Shown here: piece by piece, positions 30,846-43,400 of the stretch
Position numbering within the stretch: the stretch's first letter is position 1
How the letters are laid out: each line of letters opens with the position of its first letter
Virus record (IMG/VR): IMGVR_UViG_3300046747_000551
Coordinates: 9,179-73,178 of that record
DNA: 64,000 nt
Origin: a virus
Strand: one strand, 5' to 3'
Notes under the pieces: model-generated
Seen by the model: the letters and a program-made list of their open reading frames with translations, nothing else
Told to the model about the DNA's origin: nothing
The model's database searches: none
Position numbers and translations under genes: made by a program

Positions 30846-31409
30846 ATGAGCAACGACTACCAGATGCTGGTCCCGGGCCGCGAGCGCGTCAACGCGGAAC
30901 AAATCACGACCCTCCTGCACGTCACCAACGCGCTTCAGGTTTACCTGCTTGCCCCGCACCGCGCCTTCGACTCCGAGAACCCGCACCCGGAGCTGGACGG
31001 CGGCGCCCTGGCGGCGGCGACGGTGACCTTCGGCAAGGCCTGCGAGCAGCTGAACAACATCCTGTCGGACGCATCGCGTTGGAGCCTGGACAAGGTGACG
31101 GACCTGAACAAGGAAATCGTCAAGACCCAGCAAGCCCAACAGGGGCTCCTCGCTGCGCAGACCAAGCTGGCGGAGAACGCGCTGCTGCCGCACGCGCAAC
31201 TCAAGCCCCTGGTCGTGCATCACGGCGGGATGTTCCTCGCCATCCACGGCGACCCGGCCACGCCGGCCGCACACATCGTCGGCCGCGGCTTCACGCCCGA
31301 GGCCGCGCTCTACGACTTCGACCTCGCTTTTAAACGGCTGGCCAACGACCAATACCAAATCGAGGTCGAGCAACAGCCCCAACCCAAAAACAAGAAGAAC
31401 GACAAATGA
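30846..31409 (+). CDS. Hypothetical protein
   Basis: 187-aa ORF in the operon. Confidence 0.6.
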   Translation: MSNDYQMLVPGRERVNAEQITTLLHVTNALQVYLLAPHRAFDSENPHPELDGGALAAATVTFGKACEQLNNILSDASRWSLDKVTDLNKEIVKTQQAQQGLLAAQTKLAENALLPHAQLKPLVVHHGGMFLAIHGDPATPAAHIVGRGFTPEAALYDFDLAFKRLANDQYQIEVEQQPQPKNKKNDK

Positions 31410-32698
31410 AGTGGACCCACAAGCAAATCGAACAGTTTCGCGACTGCGTGAAGGCGGGCGCGAGCGACACGTTGCTCGCCTCAATTTTCCAGGTGACTGA
31501 GCCCGCCATCCGGCGCGCTCGCCAGCGGTTCGCTCCGTTTAGCGTGAAGTTCCGCACCCAGGTGCATCCCGACTTCAAGACCGCGGAACCTTTTCCCCAG
31601 GCGCCCAAGCAGCCGACCACGTTCGAGCAGGACAAGGAAGCCAAGTCCGGCGAATTCTGGAAGCGTGAGTATCAGGTCCTCGAAAAGAAATACGAGCAGG
31701 CCGTCACCCAGGCTTCCATCTCCGAGCAGCTCGTGGAGCTGGCCAAAGAGGTGGCCCCCACTTCGTATGACCCGTGCCCGGCGCAGATACCGAGCAAGCA
31801 ATCCCACAGCGACTGCGCGCAGTCCGCGGTGCTGCTGCTGAGCGACACGCACGTCGGGCAGGTTATTACGCCAGACCAAACTTTAGGTTTTGGCGGCTAC
31901 GACCTGGAAATTTTCCTGGCGCGCCTCAAGACCGTGGAGTCCGCCATCACGTCCATCGTCACGCGGCACACGACCACCGTCGTGGACGAGCTGGTCGTCT
32001 GTTTCGGGGGCGACCTCATCCACGGTGCGTTGAACCACGGCGCCGAGGCCGCGCAGAAAATGACGCTGTTCGACCAGACGTATGCCGCCGGCCACGCCTT
32101 CGCGCAGTTCCTTCGCAATCTCGCGCCGCTGTTCCCGCAGGTCCGGGTCTTCGGCACGGTCGGCAACCATCCGCGGTTCGCGAACCAAAAGCGCATGCCG
32201 ACGGAAAACCGCTACAGCAACCTCGACCAGTTTTGCCTGAGCTACACGCGGGCGCTGACCGAACGGCTCGAAAACGTTCACTGGACCCTGAACCGGCAGC
32301 CGACGGCGTTGTTCAAGGTGCAGGGCTTCGGGTTCGAGCTGCTCCACGGCGACACGCTGCGCGGCGGGGACCGTGCGCTGGGCATCCCGAACCACGCAGT
32401 GGGGCGCCACATTTCGGGGCGCGCGCAACTCTTCGCCAAGCACGGGCAGCAATCGCCCGACTACTATCTGTGCGGGCACCTGCACCGGGACATTGTTTTG
32501 CCGCACGCCAAGGGCCGCTTCATTGTCAACGGGGGGTTCCCCGGCATCGACGGCTATGCGCTGGCGGAAAACTTTTCGCCGGTGGACCCCACGCAGACCT
32601 TCTTCTTGATGCACCCTAAATACGGGCAAACCGCGAGCTACAGCATTTCCCTGAAGTTCGCGAAGGTAGAAGCCGAGCGGCCCTACGACCTTCCCTAA
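31406..32698 (+). CDS. Calcineurin-like metallophosphoesterase with N-terminal HTH/coiled-coil
   Basis: SDTHVG, GGDLIHG, VGNH, LHGD, GHLH. Confidence 0.85.
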   Translation: MKWTHKQIEQFRDCVKAGASDTLLASIFQVTEPAIRRARQRFAPFSVKFRTQVHPDFKTAEPFPQAPKQPTTFEQDKEAKSGEFWKREYQVLEKKYEQAVTQASISEQLVELAKEVAPTSYDPCPAQIPSKQSHSDCAQSAVLLLSDTHVGQVITPDQTLGFGGYDLEIFLARLKTVESAITSIVTRHTTTVVDELVVCFGGDLIHGALNHGAEAAQKMTLFDQTYAAGHAFAQFLRNLAPLFPQVRVFGTVGNHPRFANQKRMPTENRYSNLDQFCLSYTRALTERLENVHWTLNRQPTALFKVQGFGFELLHGDTLRGGDRALGIPNHAVGRHISGRAQLFAKHGQQSPDYYLCGHLHRDIVLPHAKGRFIVNGGFPGIDGYALAENFSPVDPTQTFFLMHPKYGQTASYSISLKFAKVEAERPYDLP

Positions 32699-32736
32699 TT
32701 TGACAGGACGAACCCCCTGTTGTAACCTACAGACAC

Positions 32737-33186
32737 ATGAGACACATCATCGCACTACTGGCGCTGCTCGGACTTGCAGCGGTTATCCCCTCGGCCACGG
32801 CGGGCACGAAAATCATCGGCGAAGTGAACGGCTTGAAGCTGGTCCGCGTGAAAACGGTGGGCATCTTCTGTCCAAGCACCACGACGGTCATCGCGTATGA
32901 CCCCGCCAAGCCCGGCACCATCGAAGGCGTCATCAATCACGCGGGCGGTCCTGGCGTGTTGCAGAGCGTCGCCCAACCGGCGTCCATCGCCGCGGGTGCC
33001 TATCTGCTCAAGCCGGACTCCACGCGCGTGACCCAGAGCGGCAGCGGCAACGCAGCGGCTACCTCGACCAGCGGCGCGACGGCTGCCGGCGGCAACGCCA
33101 CGGGTGGCAACGGTGGCGCGGGCGGAGCCGGTGGCTCGGCTGGCGGGCCTCCCGGGCTCGTGAACAACCCCGGTCACAGCAACTAA
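32737..33186 (+). CDS. Exported protein with Gly-rich tail
   Basis: Signal peptide MRHIIALLALLGLAAV; own promoter TTGACA-N17-TAACCT. Confidence 0.65.
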   Translation: MRHIIALLALLGLAAVIPSATAGTKIIGEVNGLKLVRVKTVGIFCPSTTTVIAYDPAKPGTIEGVINHAGGPGVLQSVAQPASIAAGAYLLKPDSTRVTQSGSGNAAATSTSGATAAGGNATGGNGGAGGAGGSAGGPPGLVNNPGHSN

Positions 33187-33222
33187 CCTTCGCCTTGGGG
33201 CCACGGACGGCCCCCGAGATTT

Positions 33223-33636
33223 ATGAAACACCTCGTCCTAATTTGGCTCGCCTGCGTCGCGCTCGCCTGGACCGCCCTCAGCGCACCGCTGCCCGACTTC
33301 CGCGTGCTGCCCGACTACATGGTGGAGAACCATTGCAACCCCTTCAGCAAGTCGGCCGTCGCGATGCTGAAAGCGAAGGGCATCCCGGCAGTGCGCATCA
33401 CCTTTTGCTGGTCGCGCTTTGGCGTGGGCCACGGATATCACGCCGCGGTGCTTTTCAAGCAGGGCGACAAGTTCTACTACATGGATAACAACCGAATGGG
33501 CGCGCGGCCGGTCGCCGGCACGACGGACCTTGGTTGCGTGCGCCACATTGACGGGACCCACGACACGATGCTGTGGATGACCGATGAACAAATGAAGCGG
33601 GTCGAGCCGCACAAGCTGGAGGAACTGTTCCGATGA
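33223..33636 (+). CDS. Exported transglutaminase/papain-fold protein
   Basis: Signal peptide; NHC...GIPA.....YHAAVLF....YYMDN (Cys-His-Asp spacing). Confidence 0.55.
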   Translation: MKHLVLIWLACVALAWTALSAPLPDFRVLPDYMVENHCNPFSKSAVAMLKAKGIPAVRITFCWSRFGVGHGYHAAVLFKQGDKFYYMDNNRMGARPVAGTTDLGCVRHIDGTHDTMLWMTDEQMKRVEPHKLEELFR

Positions 33637-34989
33637 CTGACATGCGACGAGTCGTTTTCGACGCGGTAGTGGCCCGCTACACGCGCAAGCATCGCCCGCT
33701 GGATGAAGTGGCCTACGACGCAGACACGCTCGCGGAGTCGCACAAGGGAGTGCTTCGGTTGCGCTACCTGCGTGCCGGCGACATCTCCATCGAAGAATAC
33801 CTCACCCCCCTAACGAACGAGCAGCTGCTCGACGTTTTCCAATCCCAATGCTGTCAGGACTACCGATGAACGCCAAAGTCGAAAAAGCAATCAAGCTGTC
33901 CCGCGCCTACTACAACATGCCGGGCAACGGGGCTGGAGGTTCGCTGCACATCGTCCTGGATGACGGGAACATTGAAGTGGACCACGTCCGGTTCTGTCTG
34001 GAGTGGGCGGCGGACCGGAACGACAAGCCGGGCGTGAAGCTGGCGGAGTTTCTCCTCACCCTTACGGAAGACGAGCGCCAGGAAGTTTACCAAGCCCTTT
34101 ACCCATGAAATATCCTCCCCTAACCCTCGACCAGTTCATCGACATCCTGCTGGACTTCCAGCGCCGCGGCGGTGGCGACTTGCCCGTCAGCTTCAATGCC
34201 GACGAGCGCTATGCCGTGGACCGGGTAATCGTCCACGCAAATCCTGAAGGGAAGCCTTACGTGGAAATCTACGGCGACGCGCCGTTCGACGACGGCCGGC
34301 CGAAGCCGATGACGCTGGAGCAGGAGCGCTTCGCTGACCAGATAGCCAAGGCCCTGGAGAAGACCTCGCCGTTCTTGGACATCCTCACGCGCGGCAAGTT
34401 CCCCGAGAAGGCCGGCGAGGAGAAGCGGGAGGGCACATGTTAATTTTAGCTGCCGCCATCATGGCCGTCGCGATAGTTCAGGCCGTTCAGAATGCCCGCC
34501 TGCAACGACAAATCGACCGACTCACGCGCGAAGGTTGGGACTACCCGACCTATGACTATACTTCCGGACGGCTTAACGCTTTATGGGCCGAGTCGAATCG
34601 CCATCGCGAGCGGCTGGAAAAGCTGGAAGCCAAACGAAAACGCCAATGAAACTTTTCTGGTCCTGGCACAAATACTACAGCGGCACCCGCTGGTTCCGCC
34701 TGGAGTTTTGCCCGGCTCGCCGCCGTTGGTCGTTCCAGGTCTGGAGACTTTTCATCTCGCTATGGCTGCGTCCGCTATGAACCCGACCTACGAGAAAAAC
34801 ACGACCGGCTGGACGTGGTGGTGCCGCACGCACCATCGCGAAGCCACCCACCTGTTGAAACGCGAGGGCTGCTCGCCCGTCGCCACCTGTGACCCCGCCT
34901 TGGGCGGAATCCTATTACCCTGTGACTGCGTCTGTAAAAACTGGCTCCTCGTCGTCGAAGCTAAGACTCCACCTGCTGGGTCTTCCTAA
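33633..34989 (+). other. Small hypothetical genes (33633-33869, 33866-34108, 34105-34443, 34437-34649, 34646-34780, 34777-34989)
   Basis: Chain of mostly ATGA-overlapping ORFs. Confidence 0.55.
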
Positions 34990-36016
34990 CGCGCCCGTCA
35001 ACCTGGACTACTCGCTCGACGGCTTCGCCGCGGCGACGTATAGGTTCGCGCAGATGATGTTCCACATGGGACATCATGTCATCCTCTACGGGGCCGAGAA
35101 GTCCAACGCGCCATGCAACGAGTTCGTGCAAATCATTTCCGAGCGCGACCGCACCGCCCTCTGCAAAGGGTTCGAATATCAGCACGCCATAATGGACGAG
35201 CGCTACCCGCTGTGGCAGCTCAGCAACGCCATCGCCTCGGCTGAGGTGTCCTCGCGCAAGCAACCGCGGGACCTGCTGCTCACCATCGGGGGCTCGTCAC
35301 AGCGGCCGGTGTTTCAGTTCAACCCGGAACTGTTGGACGTGGAGTGGAGCATCGGCTACGAGGGTAACTTCTGCAATCACCGTGTGTTCGAGTCCTACGC
35401 GCACATGCACAAAATCTACGGGCAGCAAAACGTCGTGGACGGCCGTTTCTATGACACGGTTATCCCGCTGCCGTTCGACCCGGACCACTTCAAGTTCCGT
35501 CCCAACCCGGAGGACTATTTCCTTTTCGTGGGCCGGCTCATTGAACGCAAGGGCCTTTGCATCGCGTGCCAAGCCGCCACGGCTGCTGGCGTGAAGCTGA
35601 AAATCATCGGCCACGGCGGCGACCGCCGGCTAATCACTGGAGGGCACGAGTATCTCGGTGCGGTGGACTGGAAAACTCGCAACGAGGTCATGTCCAAAGC
35701 GCGGGCCGTTTTCACGCCGACCATCTACCTGGAGCCCTTCAACTGCGTCGCGGTGGAGGCCCAGATGTGCGGCACGCCGGTCATCTCAACCGACTGGGGC
35801 GGCTTCACCGAGACGGTGGAGCAAGGCGTGTCCGGCTTTCGGTGTTCCTACCTGAAGGAATTCGTGGAGGCAACGAAAAAGGTGGAGACGCTCAGCCGGG
35901 AACGCATCGCCATACGCGCCGCGCGCAAGTATTCCATGTGGAACCTCTGCCACGACTATCAGCGCTATTTCGAGCGCCTTATGACCCGCTGGGGAGCGGG
36001 CTGGAACACTTTATGA
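34922..36016 (+). CDS. GT-B fold glycosyltransferase, family GT4 (start uncertain)
   Basis: GHHVILYG, YFLFVGRLIERKG, P..Y.EPF..V.VEAQMCGTPVI.TDWGGF.ETV..G.SG. Confidence 0.9.
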   Translation: MTASVKTGSSSSKLRLHLLGLPNAPVNLDYSLDGFAAATYRFAQMMFHMGHHVILYGAEKSNAPCNEFVQIISERDRTALCKGFEYQHAIMDERYPLWQLSNAIASAEVSSRKQPRDLLLTIGGSSQRPVFQFNPELLDVEWSIGYEGNFCNHRVFESYAHMHKIYGQQNVVDGRFYDTVIPLPFDPDHFKFRPNPEDYFLFVGRLIERKGLCIACQAATAAGVKLKIIGHGGDRRLITGGHEYLGAVDWKTRNEVMSKARAVFTPTIYLEPFNCVAVEAQMCGTPVISTDWGGFTETVEQGVSGFRCSYLKEFVEATKKVETLSRERIAIRAARKYSMWNLCHDYQRYFERLMTRWGAGWNTL

Positions 36017-36184
36017 CCTACAGACCAAACGCAAAATACGGTCCCGCGTGGCGGGCACAATTGGGGTGGTTCGTGTTCGAATACTGTTGTCCCCGGCATT
36101 TCTTCGACCGGGACCCGGCGCGAGACCGGCGGTGGAAGTGTTGGGGCTTCCATCGGTGGGAATACGGGGTTCGCTTGCTGGGCT

Positions 36185-36427
36185 TCAGCGTGGAGTTACC
36201 GCGCTACTGAAGGTCAGCGCGGGCTCTTTCCGCAACAGCTTCATCACCGTCGGGGCGTGCTCGTCCCGATTTTCGCTCGGCCCGGTGCAGACGGGTTCAT
36301 ACGGGTCGTCGTAGCGAAACCGTTTCCGGCACACCGGGCATTCGTAGAGATACACGCCGCGCGTGACGAGGTGTGACCCCGGCACGACGCGCGTGTAACT
36401 TTGGAATGGCGGCTTAGGCGAACTCAT
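36185..36427 (-). CDS. Small zinc-binding protein, last gene of the late arm
   Basis: YECPVC...C...H. Confidence 0.45.
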   Translation of the reverse strand: MSSPKPPFQSYTRVVPGSHLVTRGVYLYECPVCRKRFRYDDPYEPVCTGPSENRDEHAPTVMKLLRKEPALTFSSAVTPR

Positions 36428-36737
36428 AGCCCCACGCACCGAAGTTCGGCACGTTGGTCGCGATGGAATCCGCTTTGACCTGGAGGATACCCGCACTCGG
36501 GATGACCCACCAACCGTTTGCCGTGAGCGGCACGCCGGGCGTGATGACTTGATTTTCCACAATCACGGTGCCTTCGCCGCCCGCTTCGCGCGAGAGGAAA
36601 GCGTTGTGAGTCGTGGTGAGCACGTTGAATACGTAAGTCCGCATGATGCCCGTTACTGCGGTCGCCGTGTAAACCGTCGCGTAAGACGCCGTGATGGCGG
36701 TCGGAGCGCGGAGTTCTTTTGGAGTGTATGTCGCCAT
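36414..36737 (-). CDS. Small beta-rich virion or fibre-associated protein
   Basis: Follows the fibre gene; T/V/A-rich beta pattern. Confidence 0.55.
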   Translation of the reverse strand: MATYTPKELRAPTAITASYATVYTATAVTGIMRTYVFNVLTTTHNAFLSREAGGEGTVIVENQVITPGVPLTANGWWVIPSAGILQVKADSIATNVPNFGAWGYEFA

Positions 36738-36743
36738 AAGTTT

Positions 36744-39642
<2,899 letters not shown>

Positions 39643-39643
39643 T

Positions 39644-40291
39644 TTATACCACCGACTTTGAAATCGCGTTCAGGACCCGGCCGCGGCCGGGCATAGCACC
39701 GCTCGTCGGCGACCCTGGCATGAGATTTGCTACCCGGGCGCTCAGGAGGCGTTTCTGGGCACCGGCCGGCGCGGGGGCACCGACAGGCACCGGAGCGGCG
39801 GCGGCTTGCCCAGCGGGCGCTGGGGCTGCGGGCGCCCCCTCCCCGGCGGCTTCCGCGGGAACGGCGTCCTTGCGGGCGCTCTCGAAACTCTTGGTCAGCT
39901 GGTCGAACGGGACGGCCATGGAATCGAGCTGGCCGGCCTTGTCGGCCTGCATAACCTCGTCTGGCTTAACGATTAACCCGTTGAAAAGCACGAAGTTCCC
40001 GGGCAACGATTCGGACTCGAACGCGGCGAAGCCGGCCTTCTTCAGGTCCTCGGCATGCTTGGTAAGTGTCTTGATTTCAGGGATTTTCGACTTGAGCGGC
40101 GCGTAGGTGGCCGGCGGCGACCCATTCAAAAGCGCGGCCATGGCGGGAATCTTCAGGACCTCCTCGGGCAGCGAAGACTCGGCCGGCAGGTCTTCCTGGG
40201 CGCCCGCGGGGGCGGGCGCGGCGTCTGGGGCGACAGGCGCCGGCGCGGCGGCGTCGGCTACGGGCTGGACATCGGACGGTAAAACGGGCAT
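39644..40291 (-). CDS. Late hypothetical (probable virion) protein
   Basis: Follows late-type promoter at 40329; Ala/Pro-rich termini. Confidence 0.65.
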   Translation of the reverse strand: MPVLPSDVQPVADAAAPAPVAPDAAPAPAGAQEDLPAESSLPEEVLKIPAMAALLNGSPPATYAPLKSKIPEIKTLTKHAEDLKKAGFAAFESESLPGNFVLFNGLIVKPDEVMQADKAGQLDSMAVPFDQLTKSFESARKDAVPAEAAGEGAPAAPAPAGQAAAAPVPVGAPAPAGAQKRLLSARVANLMPGSPTSGAMPGRGRVLNAISKSVV

Positions 40292-40465
40292 GGCTTAGGT
40301 AGAAGTGGGGGGTTTCTCCGGTTTGTCAACCCCGGAGTCGGGCGTCCGGTCCACCGGCTCGTGGTCCGGGACCATCAGGCGCTGGAACATGGACACGACG
40401 AGCTTCATCTCGTCGGGCGTGAGGTTAAAGTCTTCGACAGCAATTTCTTTCATGGCACCTACAAC

Positions 40466-43400
40466 TTACTGCGACTCGACGATTTTCGCAACCTTGGACT
40501 TGACCTTTTTCGGGGGCTTGGGCGGCGTGAACTCCAGCTTGCCCTCGGGGGTCTTCGTCGTGTGCTCCAAGAGCCCTTGGTAGGTGGCCCCGTGCTGCGC
40601 ACCCGCGCGTGCCCAGCCGTTTTCCTCCCAGAGCCGTTGCTCGTTCACCCAGAGGATTGCCTGGAGCGCGTCGGGCTTGATGCCGATTCGGTCCGCGGCT
40701 TCCTGGAAGGCCTTTTCGCCGGCGAAGTATTCGGGGTTCGAGATGCCCGTCTCGGCTTGGTGGATGATTCGCCAGGGCTGCCCCTCAGAGCTGAGGCGCG
40801 TCATCGTCCGCATCGCCCACTTGTCCACGATTCCCTTGAACCATAGACCAATCAGGTTGCCCGTGAACGACGGCGTCTTGGGACCCTCAACGGATTCCAT
40901 CCACGTTCCGTCCAGCACCTTCATCACCGCGCGCGAGTTCATCCCGTATTTCGCGCCGTTCGCTTTTTTCGGCACGAGGTCGTGCTTGTCGGCCCACCAA
41001 TACAGGAAGTCACTGAGCTGTCCGGATTTCACGGCTGACGCACTCGCTTCCTTTTGGAAGTCCGCCATCGCTTCCGGGTCCTTGGCGGCAAACTTCGCTT
41101 TGCCCTCGCGATACTTCGCGACCATGTCATCGTAGGCGCCGGACTTGATTTGATTGAACGCGGCGACCGCATCGGAAAAGTTCGGGGCCACCTTCTGCTG
41201 CGGGGACGTCGCCCCGAGCAGCTCGCCGAAAAGTTTGATGTCTTCGGGCGTCTTCAGCACCTCGCGCAGTTTGGTCCGGCACAGTTCATACCACTGCTCC
41301 GCGCCCTTCAGCTCGGGGCGGTCCTTGATGGAATTGTATTCCTCTTCCATCTTTTTCGACAGGTCCGTCGTGAAGGCATCCACTGACCCGGACTTTTTCG
41401 CGAGCGGCGTGTTGAAAAGGTCCCACTCCTGCGCGGCGAAAAGGGGCTCCCCGTCCCACGCGGCGCGGACGTTGCCGGCCTTGTCCCGGCGCAGCTCGGG
41501 CGCCAGCACCTCGGGGAACGACTTGGCTTTTGCCACCAAACTCTCGGCGTAGTCGTTGAAGCCGGGGGTTCCCTGCGGCGGGATGTTCTCGGGCAGGTAG
41601 CCCCCGCGGCTGCGCGCGATTTGAATGCCAGAGGGACCGCCCTTTCGGGCCTGGGCCTCGGGCTTCACCCGGTCGAGCATGTCCATCGCCGCGCCACGCG
41701 GGTCTTCGGCATCGAAAAGCCGGGCGGCGACTTGGTCCACTACCTGTCCGTCGTCGTTGAGCAGATTGATTTGCGCACGGTCCAGATTTTCGGCGTGGTC
41801 CGTGAGCAGGGTTTCGATTGCCTGTTTCGCTTTGCCCTTGAAAAATTTCTGGTTCGCTTCGACGGTCAGGTTGCCGTTATACTCGCGCGCGCGGATGAAG
41901 CCCTTATTGATGGCGTCCTGCCGGTCTTGAATGTTCGCGGTGTCGCTGAAGCTGGTGCCGAACTGTTTGTTGAGCTGGTCCGCGTTCTCGCCGAGCCACG
42001 TCTGGTGGTAATCCGTGTCGAGCGGAACATACTCCCCGTTCGGCAGCACCCAGCCCGTGGGCTTGTCGCCCTTCGGTTTCTGGCTCGCCGGCACGTTGTA
42101 TTTTTCGTAGGGATTAGGTTCTTCCTCTTTGGGCGCGCGCTTCTTCGGCAGATATCCCCCGCGCTCGCCGGGCTTCACCTCGTCCACGCTGATAAGTTTG
42201 CCCGTCTTGAGAACCAACTTTTTGACGGCCTCGTCGGCGGTGGCGCCCTCGATGGTTTGACTGAAGGTATCCTTGCTCGTCTCACCGGGTTTCCAGGTCA
42301 CTTTCCACTGGCGTGGTTCGCCGGTGGGCCGCACATCGGATTCCGTGGGTCCGCCAAAGTCTTCTTCGCGTTCGACAGGCTTGAGGGTGTCCAGGGCTCC
42401 GTTTTCTCGAAGCTGGCGAACGATGCTATCGTAGGTGCCGATGCGGCGAAAAGCCTTCATGGCCACCCGCTCTTTGTTAGCGGGGGAATCCACTTCAATG
42501 ACGGTCAGATATTCCGGCTTCGCTTTTCGGACACTCTCTTCAAAGTCGCGGCTGAAAATAGCTTCTCGGAGCTGTTGCTTAGTCCCCTCCAGGATATCCA
42601 TTCCGCCGTAGTTCTCGACTTTGACCGCGGGGGCCTTCGAGAATTCTTCCCCAAAGGGGTCCGTCAAAAAGCGGGCGACCTTACCGCGGTCCGCGGGCCA
42701 GGGCAGCGACGTGGAGGCGAGAACATTGCCGTTCAGGTCATGCACGTCGGCGTGGAACATCGAGTAATAGGGCTCGCCTTCCAGCGCCACTTGGTCGAGC
42801 GAACTGAGGATTACGTTCTTCTGTGCGGAGGTCGGCTTGCGGGAGAACGACACGTTCATCGCCGAGTTGCCAAACTCTTCAACCGCGCGGGGCGAGTCTG
42901 CATTCGTGACACGCAGGGAACCCGTCTGGTGCTGGAATTCCAGCGTCGGCGATTCGCCGAGGCCCGTCATTTGCGACATCTTAGTTGCCGCGTCGTCGTG
43001 GTAATACGCGCTCTCCACGGACTTCCATTTTCCGTTCGGCAATACCCAAGCGGCGCCAACGACTTCACCATCGTGCAATTCTTTTTCGTCCACGGTCGGC
43101 TTCTTCGGGGCCGGCTCCTTGAAGTCAGCCGGCGCGGGCAAATAACCCGCGCGGCGCATGCCCGGGGCATAGACCGGCTCCGTGCTGACGATGTGCGCGC
43201 CTTCAGGCACGCCGGCCTTTTGCTGGGCTTCTTCGGCACTGGCAGCGTGGACCGTTTGACGGAGGGTCGTCTTGCCTTCGGCCCGGGGCTTCCAGACGAC
43301 GTGCCACCGGTCGTCCAGCGGCTTCACGTCCGCCTCGCCGGGCGTCAGCGGGTTCTCGCCGCGAGCCAACGCTTCCGCTGCCTTCGCCACTTCGGCCGGA

